Positions 40,774 through 51,096 of a stretch of DNA of 64,000 nucleotides are shown piece after piece. This DNA comes from a virus, in the IMG/VR virus record IMGVR_UViG_3300006098_000001; one strand, given 5' to 3'. The translations under genes were made by a program, and so were the position numbers. Under the pieces are notes generated by a model that worked only from the letters and a program-made list of their open reading frames with translations, was not told where the DNA came from and searched no databases. Numbering within the stretch: position 1 is the stretch's first letter; each line of letters opens with the position of its first letter.

Positions 40774-41802
40774 TTGAAACGAAAAGAAGGATTAACGTAT
40801 CAAACAAAAAGCGATAGAAAAATCGTAAGATACGCAACGAAAGCAAGAATGGCAAAAGTAAATCCTAAAAACATTAAGATTTATGAGCGCTATCTTAAGA
40901 GTCGAATCATTCACAATTCTGATGTTAAAGATACTACTTATAAGGTTTACCACTCTTATATGAATATCTTCATGTGTTATATTGCAGAAGAATGGGACAA
41001 TTTTTATCTTTTAGATGAAGATATGCTAGAAGATGAAATGATCGACGTAATGGAAGGCTATATGGCTTTCCTTGCCGATGAATGTGGTAATGGTAAAAAA
41101 GTCATTAACACTAAATTAAGTGCTGTATCCAGTTTCTACCTATGGGCAACTAAGCGAGGAATGATTCGAAGTCATCCTTTTGATGGAAAATTAGACCGTA
41201 TTAAGAATGCTCAAGATGAAAAGAAGATTTCAGTTCACTTTTTACACGAAGACAAGATTAATCAAATTTATAAAACTCTTGAAGAAGAAGCAGAACCTGA
41301 GGGAGCAAGATATGATTATCAAGACAGATTGATTTGGGAGATTGCTTTTTATAGTGCTTGTCGTATTGGAGCATTGTATAACTTAAGTTTGTCTAATCTG
41401 AAACTTGATGAAAATAAGTTTGTCGACATTCGAGAAAAGCGAGGAAAGAGAGTGGAGGTTCCGTTCACAAATGAAACTAAGGAATTAATTAAGAAGTTCC
41501 TTAAGTGGCGTGAGGATAATGGAATTGATACAGATGCGTTCTTTGTTAATCGCCTAGGTGGTCATATGAGTAAACAAGCCATGTCAATCCGTATTCGCAA
41601 AATAGGAGAAATTGTTGGTGTTGGTGATTTCAGAGCTCACAGTATTCGTAAGAGTCGATTAAACCAAGTTGGGCAAAAGAATATTGAATTAGCTAAGCAA
41701 TTAGCACACCACGAATCAATGGATACAACAGCACGCTTCTATATGGAAAAGAAGAGTGAAACAGCAACATTGAAAGAAATCGATGCATTACTTTCAGAAT
41801 AA
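40774..41802 (+). CDS. tyrosine recombinase (XerC/D / phage integrase family)
   Basis: ACRIGAL (Arg), HSIRKS (His-x-x-Arg) and HHESMDTTARFY (His...Tyr) catalytic signature. Confidence 0.75.
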   Translation: MKRKEGLTYQTKSDRKIVRYATKARMAKVNPKNIKIYERYLKSRIIHNSDVKDTTYKVYHSYMNIFMCYIAEEWDNFYLLDEDMLEDEMIDVMEGYMAFLADECGNGKKVINTKLSAVSSFYLWATKRGMIRSHPFDGKLDRIKNAQDEKKISVHFLHEDKINQIYKTLEEEAEPEGARYDYQDRLIWEIAFYSACRIGALYNLSLSNLKLDENKFVDIREKRGKRVEVPFTNETKELIKKFLKWREDNGIDTDAFFVNRLGGHMSKQAMSIRIRKIGEIVGVGDFRAHSIRKSRLNQVGQKNIELAKQLAHHESMDTTARFYMEKKSETATLKEIDALLSE

Positions 41803-41845
41803 AATATCCATTTTATAAAGTTGTAATTAATAATTTTATAATTTA

Positions 41846-41872
41846 AACCGCAGAAGAATGGTACAAACGCAA
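41846..41872. repeat. IR-B: AACCGCAGAAGAATGGTACAAACGCAA, inverted partner of 16753-16781
   Basis: Lies 44 nt after the recombinase stop and 30 nt before the tape-measure start. It contains a TGgTACAAA extended -10-like element. Confidence 0.6.
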
Positions 41873-41901
41873 AATCATTTCTTTTAGGCGGGTGAAATAT
41901 A

Positions 41902-44900
41902 TTGGCAAGTAAAGAACTGTCAATAAAAGTTAAAGTTAACCTCCCAACGGCAGGGGAAATTGAAAATCAAATTCAACGTTCTCTGCGTGGGTTAAAGGAT
42001 ATTAAGGTTGACGCAAATGTAAAATTAAAAGTTGGCAAGCTTGGCAATCTCAAACGCCAACTAAGAAATGCTCTTGGTAAAGAAAACTTTAGAGTAAACG
42101 CAAATGTTAAAGTACATGGAATGTCCGAATTAAATCGGGTATCCAGTAAATTAAAAGAAATTAGACGTTTAGCAAATGAGCCAATTAAGTTAAACGTTGA
42201 TATGGGTGGACATGATTTTGATAAGTCCATCGAAGAGGCACGGCGAAAGGCTAATAAAGAGTTAGAGAATACTAATTCTAGAAGTCACTATGCTCGAGCA
42301 GCAGTTGATGTGCAAAAGGAAATGCGAGCACAACAGCGTGCTATTGAAAAAGCACAACAAGAGTATTTAAAGCTCCAAAATCAAGCTGCTAAGGCTAGTG
42401 ACGAACGTATTCGACAAAATATACAACATTATGCTAGTCAAGTTGCTAAACAACAAGAGCAAGCTGAAATGCGGTATAGAATGGCTGCGAATAAGGCTGG
42501 CTTGAGTGATTCAGAAATTAGTAAAAATGTTCTTGGTTTCAGAGAACAGCCCAAAGCTCGCATGACTCTCAAGAACACTGAAATTGAACAACAGTTAAAA
42601 AGAGACGCAGAAGCCTTTAGGAGATATAAAAGTGCATTAAATGACGTCACTAAAGCGCAAATGACCCTGGCAAAAGGTGGTTTAGGTGACAATGTGTTTG
42701 CCGAAGTTCAGAGACAAGCTGGGGCAGCAGAAAAAAAGGTACGATCTCTTGAAAGTGCTATAAGAAAAACAAAGTATGCATCTCAAGCATCAGATCTTAG
42801 AGAAGCTTCAGACGCAAGAATTAGAATGGCGCGAGCTCAAGCGGCAGATCGGGAAAATGTAAAGATACGTCGAGGTAGAAAATCTTCTGCTGGCATGATG
42901 AATACCTTAAACACTTGGGACGTATTACAAAATGGTATATATGGAGCCGCTGCTGTTGTAAATGGTTTAAATGAAGTTGATAAGGCCATTACAAAAGTTA
43001 CAAAAGTTGTTCCCGACAGTCAAGCAGCAGTAAATAGATGGAAGAAGAATATCTATAAGGATGCTTCAGAAGTTGGTAAGACTGCTCCAGAATTTGCTGC
43101 CGCTGTAGAACAATGGGCAACAGCTGGATATAATCTTAAACAATCAAATCGTCTTGCAAAGGCGTCAGTTATGGGTTCTTTCGTTGGTGAAGTGCCTGTA
43201 GAAGACATGGTTAAGTATATGTCTGTTCCAATGAAAGCTTTCCAAAAGGAAGGTATTAAATCGAAAGACATTATTAACGCAATGAACCAAGTTTCTAACA
43301 AACATGCCATTGAAATGAATGACTTGGGGGCTGCATATCAGAAAGCTAGTTCAACAGTTGGTGCTACTGGAACTAAGTTCTCACAACTAACAGGTATTAT
43401 TACAGCTGCTCAAGAAGGTACTCGTGCGGGTGGAGATATGATTGGAACCGCATATAAGACGATTGGCTCACGTCTTGCTAAGATGGGTACTGGATTAACA
43501 AAGCAGGATCAAACCCGTGCAGCGTTCTTTAAGAAGTTGGGTGTTGATTTAACTGACAGCAATGGAAAGTTGAAATCTACTTGGCAAATTATGGATCAGT
43601 TAGGTAAGCAATGGGATAAGTTAGATAGTAAAGACAAGAATACGGCAGCTCAATATGCCGCTGGAGCGAACCATGCTAACATTTTCCAAGCTACGATGGA
43701 TAATTGGAAAATCGCACGTAAAGCCATGAAAGAAGCACAAGCTCAGGTTGATTTAAAAGATAAAGATCATGGATCGGCATATCAAGAATTTGAGAAGCAA
43801 AAGCAATCTATCGAATTCCAGTTAGCTTCATTAAAGAATACATGGATGTCATTCTTAAACAATATATCTGGTGGTAGAGAAGGAATTTCCCAAATTCTTC
43901 AAAGTCTTAATGGAATAGGATCTGTTGCAGATAAACTTGCTTCAAATAAATTATTCTCACAAGCTATTAGATGGGGTGCAATCACTGCTGGAATAGTTAT
44001 GGCACGTAACGCTATAACAGGAATGGTTAAAAGCTTTGCAAGCATTGGAAATGCGGGCAAAGGAATTGAGGGATTAAAATCTAAATTTACTAATGTTGGA
44101 AGTTCTGTTTCTGAATTAAAGGCAAAAATTCATGAATTAAGAGCAGAGTTAGATGGCTTAAATGCCAAGGGCTTTAAGTCAAAAACAAAGCTAGATAGAG
44201 ATGCAAAAGGAAGAACCAAGGGAGAGTATACAGGTAAAGACGTAGGTTTAATTAAATACTCTATTCCAGAGAATAACGTCCTCCAAACTAGACGTGGGGC
44301 CCGAAGACAATATGGTCTATCTAAGAAGTATCCAACTCATTTTGCTCCAAAGGAACTTGCAAAAGAAAATGAAGATTTAGCAAAATCATATTCAAATGTT
44401 ACTCCTGCAATTAGTAGAGCAGAACAAAAACTAAAAGACACCAATGGTACTCTTTCTAAAGGAACTAAAGCAACTGCTAAATTAGGAAAAGTCATGGGTG
44501 TTGCTGGTAGTGTACTGGGAGTAATTGGTAGCGGACTTGGTGTCGTTGGATTAGGCATTGATGCGATTACTATTGCGTCAGGAGCCTTAGAAATGATGGG
44601 CGTTCATCCATGGGAGCTTATCCGAAAGGCAATTAAGCCGGCCCAAGCTAATGCTGAAGCATTTAGTAAATCTATGCAGAAAATTCATTCCGATATTGGA
44701 AATGTTAATTCTGGATTAAAAGACAATGTATTATTTAATGGCACTGCTGAAAAGTCGAAAAAGAGTCTTTCTGGATTAGATAAAGTCTTAAAAGGCGTTA
44801 CAGATGGTTCTAATCAATTGAGCAAAGGTGACTGGAAAAACTTCAAGGATAGCTTTAATGCAATTTCAAAGGCTAATGGGCTTGGAATTAGAGCATATTC

Positions 44901-47900
44901 AAATAATGTTGAAGTCTTAAAAGGCCAAATGACAGATCTTAAGAATGCTATTCACGATGTTAACTTGGAACAACTAAAGTCTGGTTCAAGAGAATTAGAT
45001 AAGCTTGATAAGACTGGTAAAAAAATTAATAGTCAAAAGACATTAAATGACTTACTCAAGACTAATAATGATTATCTAAAAAAATCTAAGGAATTAGAGC
45101 AAGAGCGAGACAATGCTAATAACGGGGTTACAAATAGTGCTCAAGCCAAGAAGAATAATGATAAATATGAGCACAAGTTAGCAGCTTTACGTGGCTCTGC
45201 AATTCGTAAAGAAATGGGTTCCGCTGCGTACCAAGAGTGGGCTCAACAATATCAAGACTATGGTGACTCTGTAAGAAAACAATATGGTGAATTAGCATCG
45301 ATCCTTGATTCTGGTATATTCAAGAAGACAGACTTTAATATGATGTCTTCAAATGAATTGCGGAAGATGGGAACTGCTCAAACTATGAATCTGCAAAATG
45401 CAGCTAGAGCAAATAAAATTTGGAATGATGTTAATAAGCAGTTAACTCAGAATAATAAATTAGGCAGTCAGCAAGGTAAGTTAACAAAAGAGCAACAGCA
45501 ATATCTTTCTAAGAATGTTAAAGGACTTGAAGGTATTAGTCGTAACATGCGTAAGTGGACTGATGCTCAAAGAACAGCGTTCGATGAGTATGGTAAGACT
45601 GCGGCAAAGAATCTTAAGAATCAACAAAGTCGAATGATGGATATCCTTACGGCTCAAGGAATGTCAAAAAGTGCTGCTCAAAAACAAATTAATAAGCTTG
45701 ACGGTACTGGTTCAGGATATATTAATGCTCTTGGGAACAATTACAATGCTCAGGCATTGTTGAATGTTGATCCTGATTATGCGGCGTTATATGGGAAAAA
45801 GTGGTTCCCACAGCTACAAGAGCAACAGCGGCAAATTCAAAATTACCAGAATAGAAAAGGAAAAAAGAATAGCGATACAATAGATGCATTTCTTGATCCG
45901 CAAACTGGGGTAATGAATACTGGTATGATCGCCAGAAGTCAGGCTGTTATGACCTATAACTCAAAGCGACAAAAGCAATTCCAAAAGATGGGATTCATTG
46001 ATGGCGATGGGAATATAAAATTCGATAAGGTATCAGACGCATTTGATGGTGTTAAAGGTCGCGATAATCCAATGCAGCTTATTAGTTCATTAGCAGATGG
46101 TTCTATTAATAAGTTTAGTAAGCTGCATATTTCTGCAAACCAAAGCCATGGAAAGTTAACTAAGGATGTTAAAAGTGATATCAGAAACTTGGTGAAGAGT
46201 AAAGGAGCTGAAGCGGCAGGAAATTATATTAAAGGGTTACAAGCCGATAACGTCTTAGGAAAAGATGCAATGAATTACTATGATGCCCTTGTTCGCAAAG
46301 GTAATGAGACTAAGCGAACACCTAAGAGTCAGCGTAGTCAAAGAAAGCCATCAGGTTCTAGAAAATCTTCAGGGTCATCTAAAAAGAATTGGTACGACAA
46401 AGATGATGATGACCCAATGGCGAAACCATTATGGAAACGTAATGATACTAAACCATCATCAAGTCGTCATCGTGGTACATCGAAGCCTGATACTAAGAAT
46501 CAACCTAGAACTTCTAAGAATCAGCAAAAAGCATTAGAGAAAGCGGCACAAGGTAAACAGCAGACCAAGAGCCCTAATTTAATACCTAATTTGCTTAAGA
46601 AATTAGGACTTATTACAGATGCGAAAGCTGATACTAAACCAAAAACAGCCAAGGATGTCGAAAAGAATCTTAAGGGCCGTAAGGTATCAGACAAAGAGCT
46701 TAAGAATGCTCAGGCGCTCCTTAAGAACAAGAAAGAGCAGAAAAAACTCGAAGATGATTTGAGGAAGAATGGGCAATTAAAGACTTCGAAACCATCTAGC
46801 TCCAATTCTAATAAAAAGAATTCATCAAAGAATAAGAAACAAGCCGAAAAGGAAGGGCGCGAAGAAGAGAAAGCCTGTCAAAAGGGTAGAGATAGTGCAA
46901 AGAAAACATCATCCAAGAAATCTAATTCTTCCAAAAAACAGAATCAAGAACAAAAAGATCTTGCCAAACAGTTAAATAAAGGCAAAGGAGTAAAAGTAAA
47001 ACTTCAACCAGATGCTAAAAGTTTAACGAAGGGGTTGAAAAATCTTGGTGGTAAAAAAGGTACCAAGATTAAGTTACAACCAGATACAAAATCTCTTACA
47101 AAAGGCCTTAAAAACTTAGGCGGCAAAAAGGGTACTAAAATAAAACTTCAAGCCGACACGAAAAGTTTAACAAAAGATCTTAAGAATCTCGGTGGTAAAA
47201 AAGGCACTAAAGTCAAGTTACAAGCAGACACCAAGGGACTTACTAAGAGTCTTAAGAATCTAGGCGGTAAGAATGGAACAAAGGTTAAGCTTCAAGCTGA
47301 TACTAAGTCTCTAACAAAGAGTTTATCTAATCTTGGTAAAGGTAAAGGGGTAAAGGTAAAGCTCCAAGCAGACACCAAAGGACTAGATAAGTCACTCAAA
47401 AGCCTAAAAGGGCTTAAAAAGTCTCAGAATATTAAGATTAATGTTTCTGGTAACGCTTCAAGCAAGATAAGTAAGATCAAGTCTTCTCTAAATGGGTTGA
47501 GTGGTAAGAGTAAGAATATCTCTATTAACGTTCGAGGTAATGCAGTTAGTCAGGTAAATAAAATAAAGTCTGCATTAAACGGGATAAAAGGTTCTAAGAA
47601 TATCTCAATCAATGCCTCTGGTAACGCAGCCTCCTTTGCTTCCAAGGTTAAATCATCGCTTGCCGGAATTCATAATAAGCATGTAAATATTAGTGCTTCT
47701 GGCAACGCTGCATCGATGGCACAAAGAGCGTCCTCAGCAATTAATAGTATCCCGACTAGTCATCAGACGAATATAACTGCTCACGATGGAGCCTCTCCTA
47801 AGGCAAATGCAGCTAAATCGGCAATTGAGAATATTCCCAAAAAACATAATACTCATATTAGTGTTACTGGAGACGGACAAGCTATAGCAAAAGCACACAG

Positions 47901-50900
47901 TGTAGCAGCCGCTATAAATAGTATTCCAAGTAGCAAGACAGTTACTATCAATGTTAATAAGAACGAAACTCACACCATTACAACAGAACATAAGTCTAAA
48001 TCAATGGCTATTACACCAGAAAATTCACAGCCAGTTAGCCCGATGACTTCTATGTCTGTCGTTGCAGGAAATCCTGCTATGAATATGGCCGTAAATAGTG
48101 GAGCTGCTAACATGGGTGTTGATACGAATTCTGCAACTAATGGCGATAAGGTAAGCGGAATTGCTACAACAGATCGTTCTGATTCTACCCAAAAAGTTAG
48201 TGAAGATTATTGGCGTTATATGGGAAATGAACTTTACACGGGCTTACCACTTGACGAAAAAGTTCAGAACCTTGAAAATGCAGTAACCCAAGCTGACGAA
48301 GATATGGACAAGCTTATTAATCTATCAAAGCAGAGAATTGACTTAGATAATAAGCAAATCGCATATCAAAGAACTATGCAGGGCGCTTATCAGCAACAAA
48401 TTACTGATGTCCTTAATGAATTGCATAAATATGGTTTCCAAACAAATGGTAATCAGATTACTAATTTGAACCATGCAAAGGATATTACAGGTGATAATGC
48501 AAGTAAAGCTGATGAATTACTTGGGAAATACCAAACTGCTTATCAAAACTTCTCTGAAGCTACAAAGAAGATTGATGAGTTGCAAACAGATATTTGGCAA
48601 CAAGGTAAGAATCAACAAGATTATAACAACACTAAAGATCAAAAGATGGTTGAAAAGTTACAACGTGAATTAGAGCTTGTGACTACTGCTATTGATAACC
48701 AAAAGAATATTCTTGAGCGTGAAGGTAATTCACTAGAAGATAGTGATTATCGTATGAAGTTAAAGAACAATTCTGATCAGATCTATGCTAAGTCCGAGGC
48801 TGTTCAACAGTTGTTAGCCGAATTTAATCAATTAAGTGTTGCCAATTTTGTTGGTACAAAAGACGCCGATAATGCAAAGAATTTAGCTGACTCCTTAAGT
48901 CAAATTCGTGATGCTATCATGGAAAACCTTGATTCCATTGATGAATTAAAGAAGAGCATTCGGGATATTCAACTTAATTCTATTATTGAAAGCCTGTCTA
49001 AATACACCGACAATCTTAGCAATAGTATTGATCGGCTAAAGAACAATGTAACAAATCTTCAAGATGGGTTATTAAGTGGAACATCTTATAACGACCTTAT
49101 GAGTAGTAATTTTGATGTTGTTAACCTTAATCAAAAATCTGCTTATGAGAAGAGTGTGGCCGATAAGATTTCATTAGAACGTCAATTGGATAGTGCTCTA
49201 GATCAATTCGCTAGAAAGAACGTTGATCGAACGGCACAAGTAGCCAATGATCAACTTCAAATTGAAGCACAAAAGTATAACGATATGCTTTCGATGGCAA
49301 TTAACTATGCTAGAGGTGCGCGTAATGAAGTTGGAGCTATTGATGTTAAATACAATGTATCTGTTGAATCTGACAAGATTGAAGTTCCTAACCTTACTCA
49401 TAACCAAGAGTATGTACAGTCCTCAATTGCTTATCAGAAAGAAATGAATGAATTAAAGGCTGAGTACAACCGTTTAATGGGCGAAGCTAATACTGCTGAA
49501 CAAAAAGAAGCAATTAATTCTGAAATGATCTATAAGCAATTAGAACTCCAGGAAAAAGTTTACAAGTCCATGATTGAGGCCGATCAAAAGGCGATCAATG
49601 ATTTACGTGAACAAGCTAAGAATCCAGATATGACTACTGAACAGCTTAAAACGATAACCGACCAAATTACAGAGTATGAAAAAAATGTTATTGATGCCCA
49701 AAATAGCATTAAGGACGTTGTTAAGAATCGTTTTGAGTATGAAAAGTCTCTTATTGATAAGCAAATTGATGAGTATAAACGTGCCAGCGACACAATAAGT
49801 ACTTTAGTAAGTATTGCTGATACCCTTCATTTAGAAGGTTCTACTCAAGCCGCTATTATAAATCAGCAATATGCCTCCACTTACCGTGAGTACAATAATT
49901 ACCTTGATTTACTCCAAAGACTTCGAAATGAATTATCTGGATACGAAAAGAATTCCTACGAATACAATCAATTGAAGGCAATGATTGATGAATATCAAAC
50001 TTCGCTTGATAGCACAATGTCTTCGCTTATGGATATAAGCAAAAATGAGTTTGGCCAGACTCTTGATTCCATTCAAAAGGAATTTGAAAAGAGTGTTAAC
50101 AAGGGAATGACCGCTGATCAGGCTAAGTTCGACCAAGATGTATGGTATAACCCCATGCAAAAAGAACTTCGCCTTGAGGAAATGCGGTTAAAGATTGTTG
50201 AGTTGGAAGATAAGACGGTTGAAAAACGTATAGCTGCTCTCGACGCCCAAGAGAGAATGTCTAAGGCGGAAGCTGATTACGTTGACAAGCAACTTGATTT
50301 GGCACTTGCTCAACAAAAACTTGATAACACTATAAATAAAAAAGACGTCCGTTACCTTGAAAAAGATAAGGACGGCAAGTTTAACTGGACATACATTGCT
50401 GACCAAGCAAATGTAGAAGAGGCACAAAGAGCTGTCAACTCTGCAAAACAAGCTCTTGAAGAGTCAAAGATTTCCAATCGAAATGATTACATTCAAAAAG
50501 TCAGTGAAACTATTAATAGTATTAAAGACGGTTCGATTAATCAGGAAGAAGCTCGGAAACGTCTCGAACAGTTAAATGATTCATATAAGTTTATTCTTAA
50601 GGACATTCCTACTTTTGATATTGCAAAAGTTGAGGATGTCATCAAAGCCTACAATGACTATGAAAAGAAGAATAGCGACATATTAAATGATTACAAACGA
50701 AGCGTTAAGCCAGAGGTAACACAAGGCTATGAAACAATCGTTAAAGGATTTGGAGATCAGTTTAAAGCTGTATCAAAAGATCTAGGTGAGATTTTCGGAA
50801 AGCAGCTAAGAGAAGCTCTTAATCTACCAAGTGGCATTCGTAATGCATATGGTAATGGAAATGATAGATCATTAGTAATTAATGGTGGACTTACCATTAA

Positions 50901-50991
50901 GCTCCCTAATGTTAAAGACGCTGACGGTTTTACAGAAGCGATGAAGAATCTTCCCCAATTAGCTCAACAATACGCGACTAAGAAATTGTAA
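41902..50991 (+). CDS. tail tape measure protein, 3029 aa
   Basis: Single frame. The TP901-type core (AAVEQWATAGYNLKQSNRLA...GTRAGGDMIGTAYKTIGSRLAK), long coiled coils and hydrophobic GVAGSVLGVIGSGLGVVGLGI segments are all typical of tape measures. Confidence 0.8.
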   Translation: MASKELSIKVKVNLPTAGEIENQIQRSLRGLKDIKVDANVKLKVGKLGNLKRQLRNALGKENFRVNANVKVHGMSELNRVSSKLKEIRRLANEPIKLNVDMGGHDFDKSIEEARRKANKELENTNSRSHYARAAVDVQKEMRAQQRAIEKAQQEYLKLQNQAAKASDERIRQNIQHYASQVAKQQEQAEMRYRMAANKAGLSDSEISKNVLGFREQPKARMTLKNTEIEQQLKRDAEAFRRYKSALNDVTKAQMTLAKGGLGDNVFAEVQRQAGAAEKKVRSLESAIRKTKYASQASDLREASDARIRMARAQAADRENVKIRRGRKSSAGMMNTLNTWDVLQNGIYGAAAVVNGLNEVDKAITKVTKVVPDSQAAVNRWKKNIYKDASEVGKTAPEFAAAVEQWATAGYNLKQSNRLAKASVMGSFVGEVPVEDMVKYMSVPMKAFQKEGIKSKDIINAMNQVSNKHAIEMNDLGAAYQKASSTVGATGTKFSQLTGIITAAQEGTRAGGDMIGTAYKTIGSRLAKMGTGLTKQDQTRAAFFKKLGVDLTDSNGKLKSTWQIMDQLGKQWDKLDSKDKNTAAQYAAGANHANIFQATMDNWKIARKAMKEAQAQVDLKDKDHGSAYQEFEKQKQSIEFQLASLKNTWMSFLNNISGGREGISQILQSLNGIGSVADKLASNKLFSQAIRWGAITAGIVMARNAITGMVKSFASIGNAGKGIEGLKSKFTNVGSSVSELKAKIHELRAELDGLNAKGFKSKTKLDRDAKGRTKGEYTGKDVGLIKYSIPENNVLQTRRGARRQYGLSKKYPTHFAPKELAKENEDLAKSYSNVTPAISRAEQKLKDTNGTLSKGTKATAKLGKVMGVAGSVLGVIGSGLGVVGLGIDAITIASGALEMMGVHPWELIRKAIKPAQANAEAFSKSMQKIHSDIGNVNSGLKDNVLFNGTAEKSKKSLSGLDKVLKGVTDGSNQLSKGDWKNFKDSFNAISKANGLGIRAYSNNVEVLKGQMTDLKNAIHDVNLEQLKSGSRELDKLDKTGKKINSQKTLNDLLKTNNDYLKKSKELEQERDNANNGVTNSAQAKKNNDKYEHKLAALRGSAIRKEMGSAAYQEWAQQYQDYGDSVRKQYGELASILDSGIFKKTDFNMMSSNELRKMGTAQTMNLQNAARANKIWNDVNKQLTQNNKLGSQQGKLTKEQQQYLSKNVKGLEGISRNMRKWTDAQRTAFDEYGKTAAKNLKNQQSRMMDILTAQGMSKSAAQKQINKLDGTGSGYINALGNNYNAQALLNVDPDYAALYGKKWFPQLQEQQRQIQNYQNRKGKKNSDTIDAFLDPQTGVMNTGMIARSQAVMTYNSKRQKQFQKMGFIDGDGNIKFDKVSDAFDGVKGRDNPMQLISSLADGSINKFSKLHISANQSHGKLTKDVKSDIRNLVKSKGAEAAGNYIKGLQADNVLGKDAMNYYDALVRKGNETKRTPKSQRSQRKPSGSRKSSGSSKKNWYDKDDDDPMAKPLWKRNDTKPSSSRHRGTSKPDTKNQPRTSKNQQKALEKAAQGKQQTKSPNLIPNLLKKLGLITDAKADTKPKTAKDVEKNLKGRKVSDKELKNAQALLKNKKEQKKLEDDLRKNGQLKTSKPSSSNSNKKNSSKNKKQAEKEGREEEKACQKGRDSAKKTSSKKSNSSKKQNQEQKDLAKQLNKGKGVKVKLQPDAKSLTKGLKNLGGKKGTKIKLQPDTKSLTKGLKNLGGKKGTKIKLQADTKSLTKDLKNLGGKKGTKVKLQADTKGLTKSLKNLGGKNGTKVKLQADTKSLTKSLSNLGKGKGVKVKLQADTKGLDKSLKSLKGLKKSQNIKINVSGNASSKISKIKSSLNGLSGKSKNISINVRGNAVSQVNKIKSALNGIKGSKNISINASGNAASFASKVKSSLAGIHNKHVNISASGNAASMAQRASSAINSIPTSHQTNITAHDGASPKANAAKSAIENIPKKHNTHISVTGDGQAIAKAHSVAAAINSIPSSKTVTINVNKNETHTITTEHKSKSMAITPENSQPVSPMTSMSVVAGNPAMNMAVNSGAANMGVDTNSATNGDKVSGIATTDRSDSTQKVSEDYWRYMGNELYTGLPLDEKVQNLENAVTQADEDMDKLINLSKQRIDLDNKQIAYQRTMQGAYQQQITDVLNELHKYGFQTNGNQITNLNHAKDITGDNASKADELLGKYQTAYQNFSEATKKIDELQTDIWQQGKNQQDYNNTKDQKMVEKLQRELELVTTAIDNQKNILEREGNSLEDSDYRMKLKNNSDQIYAKSEAVQQLLAEFNQLSVANFVGTKDADNAKNLADSLSQIRDAIMENLDSIDELKKSIRDIQLNSIIESLSKYTDNLSNSIDRLKNNVTNLQDGLLSGTSYNDLMSSNFDVVNLNQKSAYEKSVADKISLERQLDSALDQFARKNVDRTAQVANDQLQIEAQKYNDMLSMAINYARGARNEVGAIDVKYNVSVESDKIEVPNLTHNQEYVQSSIAYQKEMNELKAEYNRLMGEANTAEQKEAINSEMIYKQLELQEKVYKSMIEADQKAINDLREQAKNPDMTTEQLKTITDQITEYEKNVIDAQNSIKDVVKNRFEYEKSLIDKQIDEYKRASDTISTLVSIADTLHLEGSTQAAIINQQYASTYREYNNYLDLLQRLRNELSGYEKNSYEYNQLKAMIDEYQTSLDSTMSSLMDISKNEFGQTLDSIQKEFEKSVNKGMTADQAKFDQDVWYNPMQKELRLEEMRLKIVELEDKTVEKRIAALDAQERMSKAEADYVDKQLDLALAQQKLDNTINKKDVRYLEKDKDGKFNWTYIADQANVEEAQRAVNSAKQALEESKISNRNDYIQKVSETINSIKDGSINQEEARKRLEQLNDSYKFILKDIPTFDIAKVEDVIKAYNDYEKKNSDILNDYKRSVKPEVTQGYETIVKGFGDQFKAVSKDLGEIFGKQLREALNLPSGIRNAYGNGNDRSLVINGGLTIKLPNVKDADGFTEAMKNLPQLAQQYATKKL
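46978..47420 (+). repeat. about 6.5 tandem 63-bp (21-aa) coding repeats KLQADTKSLTKxLKNLGGKKGTK
   Basis: Read from the translation. The units are nearly identical in protein but differ at many third-codon positions. Confidence 0.8.
47421..47960 (+). repeat. second tandem coding repeat family (about 7 units) NISINxSGNAxSxxxKIKSxLNG
   Basis: Read from the translation. Confidence 0.7.
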
Positions 50992-50996
50992 TCATA

Positions 50997-51027
50997 TTGA
51001 CCGAGGTTAAAACCTTGGTTGTACATA
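50997..51027 (+). repeat. DR1: TTGACC-hairpin-CTTGGTTGTACATA
   Basis: Direct repeat of 51642-51673; the two copies flank gene 51097..51618. Confidence 0.55.
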
Positions 51028-51096
51028 ACTTCTTATTCATTTTCTATAAAAGGTATGTCATCATATTAAAGACACTTATCTAATGGAGGAATTGAA

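Noticed and set aside
46978-47960. Regular 63-bp tandem repeats that might suggest a CRISPR array
   Set aside because: They lie in frame inside the tape-measure ORF. There is no repeat-spacer alternation and no cas genes, so they are coding repeats.
41973-50451. Many 60-90-aa minus-strand ORFs inside the tape-measure gene, and similar ones inside 30783..37946 and other large genes
   Set aside because: All are antisense to long, well-supported coding frames and lack translation signals.
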